Origin: a virus | Lineage: Duplodnaviria; Caudoviricetes | Length of the DNA stretch: 61,800 nt | Virus record (IMG/VR): IMGVR_UViG_3300006789_000022 | Span: 1-61,800 of that record | Strand: one strand, 5' to 3' | Part shown: piece by piece, positions 49,717-57,429 of the stretch | Layout: each line of letters starts with the position of its first letter | How positions within the stretch are numbered: the stretch's first letter is position 1 | The notes under the pieces: generated by a model | Databases searched by the model: none | Told to the model about the DNA's origin: nothing | Seen by the model: the letters and a program-made list of their open reading frames with translations, nothing else | Program-made: the position numbers and the translations under genes

Positions 49717-49965
49717 TTAGCCTTGACGGCGGATCATCTCAGCGTCGAGGAGGGCCAGCTCGGCCCTCAGTTGATCCAAGGCAATGGCGTGAATGGGGTG
49801 GGGTGGTTGTGCCTCCTCCTTGGCGAAATTCTCCCTCGTAAAGTTCAGGAGCCACTCCAAGTCCTTGTCCGACCACTCCATAAGCTCGGCCCCGCTGAAG
49901 GAGGTCCGAATCTTACGGGGGGAACGAAGGGCCGAAAGGCGGGCGATGGTGTCAACTCTGCTCAT
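49717..49965 (-). CDS. Hypothetical protein (82 aa)
   Basis: Flanked by A/C-rich leader repeats. Confidence 0.65.
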   Translation of the reverse strand: MSRVDTIARLSALRSPRKIRTSFSGAELMEWSDKDLEWLLNFTRENFAKEEAQPPHPIHAIALDQLRAELALLDAEMIRRQG

Positions 49966-50004
49966 GGTGATAGTCAGGTATGGTTGGTGGTTCAGGATTC
50001 GGGA

Positions 50005-50262
50005 TTAAGCAAAGCAACTAGGCTGGACCCAGTCTTGTCCGGTCTCATCGTTGAGGGCATCGCAGATATCGGACTTGGTCCGACCGACCTTGACCGTGGT
50101 GTAGGTTGCGCTGGTCAGGATCGCGGCCCAGTCGGCGAGGTCCGTTCTTCCCGCTTCAAGGGCGGCCTCGTTCACGGCGAGGTGGGCCTCGTCAAGAGTG
50201 GGGAAGTAGGCGTAGGTGTTGGCGGCGAGGGAGGAGGTGTAGGATGCGAGGATCAGATTCAT
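50005..50262 (-). CDS. Hypothetical protein (85 aa)
   Basis: Flanked by A/C-rich leader repeats. Confidence 0.65.
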   Translation of the reverse strand: MNLILASYTSSLAANTYAYFPTLDEAHLAVNEAALEAGRTDLADWAAILTSATYTTVKVGRTKSDICDALNDETGQDWVQPSCFA

Positions 50263-50312
50263 GGTAGTCAGGTATGGTTGGTAGTTTAGGTTGGTGAGAT
50301 TTCGGGGCGGGG

Positions 50313-50570
50313 TTATCGGCCAGCGTGGACGGCGTCGAGGGCCTCTTGAAAGGTGCCATCAGCATGACGTTGGAGTAAGTCGGCGGCCTCGGTGATGATC
50401 TTGCGAGCGGCCCAACGGCCCTCGACCTCGGCCTCGGAGAGGCTATCCCAGAGTGGGTGATTGTCGGATAAGACATCGACGAGGGAACCGATGGCCTCGT
50501 TGAGGACATCGAGTTCGGCGTAGAGGGCGTCGGAGGAGGGGCGGCGGTCGGAAGTAGTAGTAACTGGCAT
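50313..50570 (-). CDS. Acidic hypothetical protein (85 aa), first gene of the early run
   Basis: Has its own leaderless-type promoter. Confidence 0.7.
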   Translation of the reverse strand: MPVTTTSDRRPSSDALYAELDVLNEAIGSLVDVLSDNHPLWDSLSEAEVEGRWAARKIITEAADLLQRHADGTFQEALDAVHAGR

Positions 50571-50605
50571 GGTGAAACTATACCAGAAAGGGGGCTTATC
50601 GTCAA
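50571..50605 (-). promoter_or_regulatory. Leaderless-type early promoter
   Basis: TTGACG-17-TATAGT-TTCACC-ATG. Confidence 0.8.
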
Positions 50606-50641
50606 TATCTTTCGGTCACTTAAGGTATCTTTTTTCCCTCA

Positions 50642-51048
50642 CCCTGTAACCTGTTGAGTGTCAATGGGTTACAGGGATTGGTCATCTGATCACCCTCGGA
50701 TCAGGGGTCAGGATAGAGGGTGCAGGGTGCCGGAAACCCCTTGAAAAACAGGGTCGAAAGGGTCCGAAATCCCTAACAGAAACGGCTTTAAGTGCAGGTT
50801 TCATAGCACCATGAATCGGTGTAACGTGTTGAGGGTCAAGGGGTTACAGTCTAACAGAAACTGTTAGATTCTGTTAGAGACGAGTTGTAACTTATTGAGC
50901 ATCAATGAGTTATGATGTATATACAATGTATTGAATCGTTTGAATTGGTTCCGAGGGTCAAGACCCCCGAGAGGGGGTCAAAGCCCGTAGCGGGCCTCCT
51001 AGGGGCCTTAAAATGCAAGTGTAACTCGTTGAGGCTAAGTGGGTTATG
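50642..51048. repeat. Four copies of a 29-bp imperfect palindrome TGTAAC-N3-TTGAG-N2-TCAA-N3-GTTA(CA/TG)
   Basis: Copies start at 50645, 50820, 50886 and 51020; the last has a degenerate right arm. Confidence 0.85.
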
Positions 51049-51205
51049 ACTGAGGATCTAACAGACAGGGGCCGAGGGGGAGTGGCTCAAGCCCTACGTT
51101 TCAGGGGGCCGGAGCAAGGGGTCAGGGTGCAGGGATCGGGGGCCTGCCAAGGCCAGCCCTCCCCACCGAATCCGGCAGCCTGAGCCATGCAGCCCGAGGC
51201 CGGAA

Positions 51206-51300
51206 GCCGGAGCCATGGTAAGGTGAGCAAGGTAGTCAGGATTCCCGAACCATGGTGCCGGAGCCATGGTAAGTGCAGCAGGATAGTCAACATTCCCGAA
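51206..51300. repeat. Two imperfect 44-bp direct repeats
   Basis: GCCGGAGCCATGGTAAG...TAGTCA..ATTCCCGAA at 51206-51249 and 51257-51300. Confidence 0.85.
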
Positions 51301-51408
51301 GGGACGCCACCCCCCACTGCTCACCTTTTCGTCGCCGCCCCCCTCCATATATATCTCTGTGTGTGAAAAAATTTGACTAATATGGTATGGCTGCTTTAAT
51401 TGACGGGT

Positions 51409-51672
51409 ATGGCTAACGAATCCTACTACGAACGAAACAGGGAAGCGCGGTGCGCCTACCAGCGTGAATACTACAAGAACAACAAAAATCGCATCAACAA
51501 GAAGCGACAGATCGACGAGAGCACCGACCCCGAGAAAGCGAAGCGAAGGCTGGCCTACAATAAAGCCTACTACCGCAAGCACCGGAAGCGGCTTTTGGCC
51601 GAGCGGGCAGAACGCTACCGCGAACTCAAGGCTGAACGTGAGGCGGCAAGAAGGCAGAATTTGCAAACCTGA
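51409..51672 (+). CDS. Basic Tyr/Arg-rich helical protein
   Basis: Repeated YY[EKR]xNx motifs like those in helical extensions of phage HNH proteins; ATG 51409. Confidence 0.6.
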   Translation: MANESYYERNREARCAYQREYYKNNKNRINKKRQIDESTDPEKAKRRLAYNKAYYRKHRKRLLAERAERYRELKAEREAARRQNLQT

Positions 51673-51755
51673 CTTGGAAACTTTTCTTGAGAGAGTATAC
51701 TTTATATATAGAAATATATGGTATGTAGTTACAGAAAAACTTTTCATTCCCCGAT

Positions 51756-52208
51756 ATGCAAATTCCAGACGGCTTCAAGCTAATCCCCAAGACGACGCAC
51801 TACGCGTATTACCCCATCACGAACCTCGTGATGAATCTGAAAACAGACCGCGTTCTCAAGCCCCAGTGGGTGGGAGACATGCTCCGAACAAAGGTCGTGA
51901 GCGAGGACGGGAAACCGTTCTTCTTCGTCCACGACAGTATTAACAAACCCCCACCCCCCACCCTGACTCGTGAACAAGTGCTTCAGGACGAGGGAGCCAA
52001 GATCCTGCCGGACTACCCGCGCTACGCGATCACGGAACTGGGGGTGCTCTATTGCATCGAACCGTGCAAGCGGGGGCGCAAGGCCAACCGTATCCACGTT
52101 GTAGATACACACGACCACCAAGGGTGGGAGAGCGCATCACTGGTGTCCCCTGACGGGAAGGTCCGCAAGGTGCGAATCGACAAGGCCCTCAAGTCGATGT
52201 GGCCCTGA
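51756..52208 (+). CDS. Tandem NUMOD4-like domain protein without an HNH active site
   Basis: FKLIPKTTHYAY...RVLKP and AKILPDYPRYAITELGVLY. Confidence 0.5.
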   Translation: MQIPDGFKLIPKTTHYAYYPITNLVMNLKTDRVLKPQWVGDMLRTKVVSEDGKPFFFVHDSINKPPPPTLTREQVLQDEGAKILPDYPRYAITELGVLYCIEPCKRGRKANRIHVVDTHDHQGWESASLVSPDGKVRKVRIDKALKSMWP

Positions 52209-52251
52209 ATAATCGACACGTTCTACAGATGTGTCGATCTGATCGACAAGA

Positions 52252-52398
52252 AACCCGCTACAGGTTGTGGCTACCGTCCTTGCTTGGCCCCCGCAATCGC
52301 AGGGATACGGGCCGCTTCCTGTAGCGGGTTATAAAGTTTGTGTGGGGGCTGACTGGGATTACCTGTCAGTTTGTTAAAGTAGGGCCTAAGCCCCCACA
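52252..52398. terminator. Two long stem-loops between convergent genes
   Basis: AACCCGCTACAGG..CCTGTAGCGGGTT (52252-52330) and TGTGGGGGCT..AGCCCCCACA (52341-52398). Confidence 0.55.
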
Positions 52399-52406
52399 CT
52401 GTAGCC

Positions 52407-52628
52407 CTACTCCGCTGTCTCGCTCTCCGCCTCGGACTCGCCCTCAGTAGGGACGAGGTCAAGCCCGATACAGAAACGTGGTGGGAGTGGGCGAAGTTCC
52501 AGTTCCAACTGAGCCGATGTTGCTGGCTGAGTGAATGGAAGGGGAACTGAACCGCCCAAGTCCGAAGTGGAACATGATGCCCCAAACAGGATACATGCTG
52601 CACTGGCTGCAATGATGTGAAGTTTCAT
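52407..52628 (-). CDS. Small lipoprotein (73 aa)
   Basis: MKLHIIAASAACILFGAS-C signal with lipobox-like Cys; own promoter TTGACA-17-TACAAG-7-ATG. Confidence 0.6.
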   Translation of the reverse strand: MKLHIIAASAACILFGASCSTSDLGGSVPLPFTQPATSAQLELELRPLPPRFCIGLDLVPTEGESEAESETAE

Positions 52629-52820
52629 CAACCCCCTTGTAGGGAGCACCATGTTAAGTGTCAACCGGATTTCCCAGTTAAATGTCCAGAAGTTTGGTGA
52701 CGGCCCACAGCAGTGCAACTGTAGCGGTCAAAAACAAAACCATGGCTGGCTCGTCCGGCATCATGTCCCTTAACCTGAAATATACATAATTGACTAAAGG
52801 TAGTCAAAACGGTATCACTT

Positions 52821-55058
52821 GTGACAATGAGCGACCGCCCGCTTGACACCATCGACACCCTGAATCTTGGTTCCTTGGACGAGAAGGGGAAACCCGTAGA
52901 GACCAGACTGAAGGACGTAAAGAGTGCGCTTGGTATTTACTCGACTCTCCGCACGGCAGACGAGAAGTCTTCGTTGAACCGCGCCCGCATCGACTCGATG
53001 TTTGACGGGGCGGCTCCCTACAATTCTAGTAGCCTTGCCCTTAGCGGGCAGGGCCTCAAAACAAACCTGAATTTCGGCGATGCCCAGCGACTCTTGGATG
53101 TGGCTTTGTCTGCTTATGTTGACCTTTACTCTTCTTTGGAAAGACTTGTCGAGGTGCGCGGAACGCAGGGCGAAGCGAGCGAGGTCAAGCCAGCGGAAGA
53201 AATCGTCGCGGAGGAACTGACGCACCTGATGCGGAACTGGCCCGAATTCCACAGCGCCTATCTCCGTTTATGCACGACGTTCATCAAGCACGGGGTGGCA
53301 GTCTCCTACTTCGATTCCCCCGACGACTGGAAGTTCCGTGTCGGTGGGTTCACGGATATTTTGATCCCGAGACAAACCCCCGCCAGCGAGGACTCTATTG
53401 ATGTGGCCATCGGGCGGCGCAACTACCTGTTGCACGAATTGTTTGCCTACATCAAGAACCCCAAGGCTGCGGCCAAGGTCGGGTGGAACGTGGATGAGGT
53501 GAAGCGCGTTATTCAGAAAAACGTGCGAACAGATAACAGGAGCCTCTACGACGACTTTGAGGCGTTGCAGCAGGAGTTGAAGAACAACGACATCTACACC
53601 GGAATCGAGAACCCCTCGGTTTCGGTCCTGCACTTCTGGGTCAAGGAGATGGACGGCAGCGTTAGTCATTACATCTGCGCCGAAGACACCCCGAAGGATT
53701 TCCTGTATAAGAAAGTTTCTCGTTACGAAAAAGCCGAGCAGGCGTATGTGATGTTCACCTACGGCGTCGGCAGCAATGGAACCTATCATTCAATTCGGGG
53801 CTTAGGTCAGAGGATCTTTGCCCATGTCCAGACCAGTAACCGATTGCGTTGCCAGCAGATTGACGGAGCTATGCTCGCCTCTGCGGTGATGATCCAACCC
53901 GAAACACAAAGGTCTCTGGACGAATTGCAGTTCACTTACTACGGCGCGTATGCCGTATTGTCTCCGAACGTGAAGATTGTCGAGAAGGCGATCCCGAACC
54001 TCGGCACTGCGGTCCAGCCTGCCTTGCAGGATCTGACACAGCAGTTGCAGTTGAACACGGACACCGTCAGCACCTACGGCCCGAATCAGGGTTCCCCATA
54101 CCGGAACCAGATGCAGATCGTGGCCGACATGGATGTCACCACCCGTCTGTCGGGGGCGAGCCTCAACCTGTTCTACGCCAGTTGGAACCGACTCCTGCGC
54201 GAGGTGGTTCGTCGGGTGGTCACAACCAAGAAACCTGACAAGGCCATCAATGACTTCTTTGCACGATGCGAAGCGAAGGGAGTCCCCAAGGAGTTTATCA
54301 AGACCCTCGACGTAGCCCGCACCAAAGCTGTTAGATCAATCGGTAACGGGAGCCACGCCAACCGGATGGTTGCCCTCAAGGAGCTTCAAGGAATCAGCGG
54401 CCAGTTCGACGACGTTGGCCGCCGCAACCTGACCCGCGACATTGTATCTACTCGTGTGGGGCATGACCTCGCCGACCGTTACGTTCCGGCTGAAGTTGAG
54501 AAGCGTCCGACTATTGATCTCAAGATTGCTTACTTTGAGAACCAGCAACTGATGGCGGGATCACAGGTTCCGGTTGTAGGGAACGAGTTGCACGGCACAC
54601 ATTTGGAAGTCCATGTTCCGGCCCTTAACCAGTTAATTGAACAACTCAATACAGGGGCAGCCGACCCGATGCAGGCGCTCCCTGCGGTGCAGGCATTCTA
54701 CGAGCACGTTAGCCAGACGGTTCAACTCACGGCAGGCGACCCTGCCTTGGAAGGACTGGTTGGGCAGACCCAGCAAGTTCTCCAGTATGCCGAGGAGGTC
54801 ATCAACAACACGATGAAGGCTCTCCAGAAGATGCAGCGGGACCAAGCCCAGCAAGGCGGCGAGGAAGGGCAACCACAACAGCCCCAACAACCTGATGCCA
54901 AGATGATGGAGCATCAGGTGAAGATGCAGATCGCCCAAGAGAAGGCGGAACTGGACATGTCCATCAAGCAGAAAAAACATGACCAAGAAATGGCTATACG
55001 GGATGCGAAGGCTGCGCTAGAATTCCGTGAAAACAGTGAACTCGAAAGAACTCCTTGA
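52821..55058 (+). CDS. Portal protein (745 aa)
   Basis: Size, position at the head of the head module and Gln-rich helical C-terminal extension as in podovirus portals; likely ATG 52827 downstream of TTGACT-17-TATCAC. Confidence 0.7.
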   Translation: MTMSDRPLDTIDTLNLGSLDEKGKPVETRLKDVKSALGIYSTLRTADEKSSLNRARIDSMFDGAAPYNSSSLALSGQGLKTNLNFGDAQRLLDVALSAYVDLYSSLERLVEVRGTQGEASEVKPAEEIVAEELTHLMRNWPEFHSAYLRLCTTFIKHGVAVSYFDSPDDWKFRVGGFTDILIPRQTPASEDSIDVAIGRRNYLLHELFAYIKNPKAAAKVGWNVDEVKRVIQKNVRTDNRSLYDDFEALQQELKNNDIYTGIENPSVSVLHFWVKEMDGSVSHYICAEDTPKDFLYKKVSRYEKAEQAYVMFTYGVGSNGTYHSIRGLGQRIFAHVQTSNRLRCQQIDGAMLASAVMIQPETQRSLDELQFTYYGAYAVLSPNVKIVEKAIPNLGTAVQPALQDLTQQLQLNTDTVSTYGPNQGSPYRNQMQIVADMDVTTRLSGASLNLFYASWNRLLREVVRRVVTTKKPDKAINDFFARCEAKGVPKEFIKTLDVARTKAVRSIGNGSHANRMVALKELQGISGQFDDVGRRNLTRDIVSTRVGHDLADRYVPAEVEKRPTIDLKIAYFENQQLMAGSQVPVVGNELHGTHLEVHVPALNQLIEQLNTGAADPMQALPAVQAFYEHVSQTVQLTAGDPALEGLVGQTQQVLQYAEEVINNTMKALQKMQRDQAQQGGEEGQPQQPQQPDAKMMEHQVKMQIAQEKAELDMSIKQKKHDQEMAIRDAKAALEFRENSELERTP

Positions 55059-55365
55059 GCTACATGATGTCACTTGCCGCGAGTGCAAGGACATCATGCG
55101 AACAAAAAATTCAGACTACACGGGCGGCAAGGATGCTACCGACCCGTTTGCCAACTTCAAGAGTAGCGTAGTGATAGGCATTCACCCTGTCCACGGACTG
55201 CTGATGCGTGTCCTCGACAAGATCCAGCGAATCCGCTCGTTTGTGAACGACAAGGAACTACAAGTCCCCGACGAAAGTGTTGAAGATGCCTGTCACGACA
55301 TTGTGAACTATGCTATTTTGGCAAAGGCAATGTTGCGCGAAGAGCGGAAGAATTCAGATGCCTAA
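55027..55365 (+). CDS. Nucleotide-modification-associated domain 1 (DUF1599/Nmad1-like) protein
   Basis: KNSDY...DPFANF...MRVLDKIQRI...DESVEDACHDIVNYAIL. Confidence 0.75.
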   Translation: MKTVNSKELLELHDVTCRECKDIMRTKNSDYTGGKDATDPFANFKSSVVIGIHPVHGLLMRVLDKIQRIRSFVNDKELQVPDESVEDACHDIVNYAILAKAMLREERKNSDA

Positions 55366-55654
55366 AAAAGAGATAACGCCCCCAATCCCCCTCGACCGCT
55401 GGTATCGGGATCTGGTCACCGTCAAGGCCCTCCACGAGCTTCTGGAGTCGGATGCTTTCAAGAAAGCTGCGGCCACTCTGAAGGAAATAGCTGGACCCTC
55501 GTTTAATACTTTGCAAGATGAGGCGGGGAACGCACAGCGCCATGCTTGGTATGCTGGTTACCGTGACGCGCTAAATGATTTGTATAAATTAGCTAACCCG
55601 CCCGCAGATAAACAAACAAACATAACTCCAGATGAGTGGACCCACATCGAATGA
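55358..55654 (+). CDS. Hypothetical protein, head module
   Basis: ATG 55358 (MPKKE) overlaps the previous stop; small helical ORF between portal and scaffold. Confidence 0.6.
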   Translation: MPKKEITPPIPLDRWYRDLVTVKALHELLESDAFKKAAATLKEIAGPSFNTLQDEAGNAQRHAWYAGYRDALNDLYKLANPPADKQTNITPDEWTHIE

Positions 55655-56822
55655 CGTAGCAGCCGAGGCTCCGGCAGCAGACCCCGTAGCAGAAGTAACC
55701 GCGAACGTCCCTGACGCTGGCGAGGATTCAGGAAATTCTTTCATGGATGCCTTGGATGTGGCTTTTGAAGAAATGACTTCGGACGGACCACAGGACGTTA
55801 TTACTACTCCTGAACCAGAGCCGGAACCCACACCAGAGCCGGAGGCCGAAGCCGTCCAAGAGGACACCCCCGACCCCACTGCTAATCTTTCCGAGGACAT
55901 CGGTGACGACTGGACCCCGAAAGCTGCCTCCCGATTCAAGCAACTGAAGTCTGAACTGAAGGACACCAGCACCGAGCTACAGACTCTCCGGCAACAGCAG
56001 GAAGAGTATGAACAAAAAATTAAAGAACTGTCTGGGCTGGCCGAGTCACAAGACGTTGAGGCGCTTCAGCAAAAAATTGCTGAATACGAACAAGCCCAGA
56101 TGTTTACCAATCTGGAGCAGACACAGGCTTACCAAGAAGCGGTTGCGTTGCCCTTGCAGAATATCGTGCAGGAAGCCTCTGCTATTGCTGAGAGGTATGG
56201 GGCAGACTCTGATTCCCTCATTGACGCCATGTCCCTGTCCGACCAAGAAGAACAGGACCGCGCCCTGAACGACGTTTTGCATGATGTTTCTGACAGGGAC
56301 CGCGCAAAAATTTATCACTTGGTTAACCAAATTGACCCCGTTCTTCAAATGCGGAACAACCTGTGGGAAAATTCAGACGCCGCGATGAAGGAGGCAGAAC
56401 TCCTCGCGGAGCGCCAATCTCAGCACGCGGCGGCGGAAAACCTGCGCGTCCGGCAGGAAGTAGCCCAGAATGTGGCCGAGCGGGTCCAGCAGAAGCTCCC
56501 GTTCCTGTCTGGCGTCGAGGGGCTGGACATGGCCGCGATTCAGGAGAAGGCGGCTGAAGTAGACCCCTCCGTCATGCACCCTGTAGATTTTACCTTCAAC
56601 TCGATTTCTGCACAGCTTCTCCCCACCGTGGTCCGTGAGTTCATCGCCATGCGGGCTGAGAATGCCACCCTGACTGACAGGCTGGCGGAATACGAGAGCG
56701 CGGAACCCACCATGTCTGGCAACACGCCGTCCTCCGGTCAGGTTGCTAGTGGCGCTGGGGCGGATTCTTCGTTTGAAGACGCCATCAATGCGGCGTTCGG
56801 GTCAAATAATTTGAACAGGTAG
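55632..56822 (+). CDS. Putative capsid scaffolding protein
   Basis: Acidic disordered N-terminus with PE repeats, long coiled coil, upstream of the capsid gene. Confidence 0.65.
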   Translation: MSGPTSNDVAAEAPAADPVAEVTANVPDAGEDSGNSFMDALDVAFEEMTSDGPQDVITTPEPEPEPTPEPEAEAVQEDTPDPTANLSEDIGDDWTPKAASRFKQLKSELKDTSTELQTLRQQQEEYEQKIKELSGLAESQDVEALQQKIAEYEQAQMFTNLEQTQAYQEAVALPLQNIVQEASAIAERYGADSDSLIDAMSLSDQEEQDRALNDVLHDVSDRDRAKIYHLVNQIDPVLQMRNNLWENSDAAMKEAELLAERQSQHAAAENLRVRQEVAQNVAERVQQKLPFLSGVEGLDMAAIQEKAAEVDPSVMHPVDFTFNSISAQLLPTVVREFIAMRAENATLTDRLAEYESAEPTMSGNTPSSGQVASGAGADSSFEDAINAAFGSNNLNR

Positions 56823-56866
56823 CCCCGCCTTGATTTTGACTGACTTTGTGGGAAAATAATCCCGCA

Positions 56867-57178
56867 ATGTCTACCGAACCTAAACCGGATTCTAAGATTG
56901 GTCTTTACGTCGGCCTCGCAATTCAGGCGGCTGGGATAGTCTGGTGGGCGTCTAGCACTACTTCGCAGGTTCAGCACAACGATTTCCAGATCCAGATGAT
57001 GGGTCGTGATGTGGCCAAAAACTCGGATTTTGTGGAAAAATGGCCCGCCGGAAAATGGGGCAGTGGCTCTCTCCCCGACGATGTCCGCCAGAACATGATG
57101 CTGGAATCGTTGGAGAAGCGGGTTGAGAAGCTGACTGAGGATTTATACAAGAGCAGGATTACTAGCGAGGCCGAATAA
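56867..57178 (+). CDS. Membrane-anchored hypothetical protein
   Basis: TM segment IGLYVGLAIQAAGIVWWA followed by a coiled coil. Confidence 0.55.
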   Translation: MSTEPKPDSKIGLYVGLAIQAAGIVWWASSTTSQVQHNDFQIQMMGRDVAKNSDFVEKWPAGKWGSGSLPDDVRQNMMLESLEKRVEKLTEDLYKSRITSEAE

Positions 57179-57186
57179 TTTCCCTA

Positions 57187-57215
57187 TTGACATTTTTGTA
57201 TTCTTGGTTAAGACT
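57187..57215 (+). promoter_or_regulatory. Promoter for the major capsid gene
   Basis: TTGACA at 57187 followed by TAAGACT 16-17 bp later. Confidence 0.5.
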
Positions 57216-57221
57216 GCCCCA

Positions 57222-57350
57222 TACACGACGAGGTTGCTCTAGCCACAAGTAGTTCTACAAAGTTGCTGTTCTTGGGCTGAGTTCCAAACCATACCACCCG
57301 AACCTGTCGGTTGCTCTAGCCGTATAAGTAGTTCTAGTTAGGCAGCGTTC
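57222..57350 (+). ncRNA. Tandem structured RNA motif in the capsid gene leader
   Basis: Two copies of GGTTGCTCTAGCC-N2-4-AAGTAGTTCTA, each enclosed by a different closing stem. Confidence 0.55.
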
Positions 57351-57429
57351 ACCAATTCAGTCAGGCCGCTTTACGCCCCAACAAGGGGAGTGGCCTATCT
57401 TCTCATCCAACTTTTTACTTTTCAATACA

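Noticed and set aside
36901-50605. Long plus-strand ORFs such as 36901-37638, 42289-42999 and 44820-45989
   Set aside because: Antisense shadows of GC3-rich minus-strand genes that have clear motifs and promoters.
50642-51048. Canonical XerCD dif sites
   Set aside because: The arms and spacer do not match the 11-6-11 dif consensus; kept only as unexplained palindromes.
51087-51747. Minus-strand ORFs 51087-51317 and 51094-51747
   Set aside because: They run through repeats and antisense to the 51409 gene and have implausible composition.
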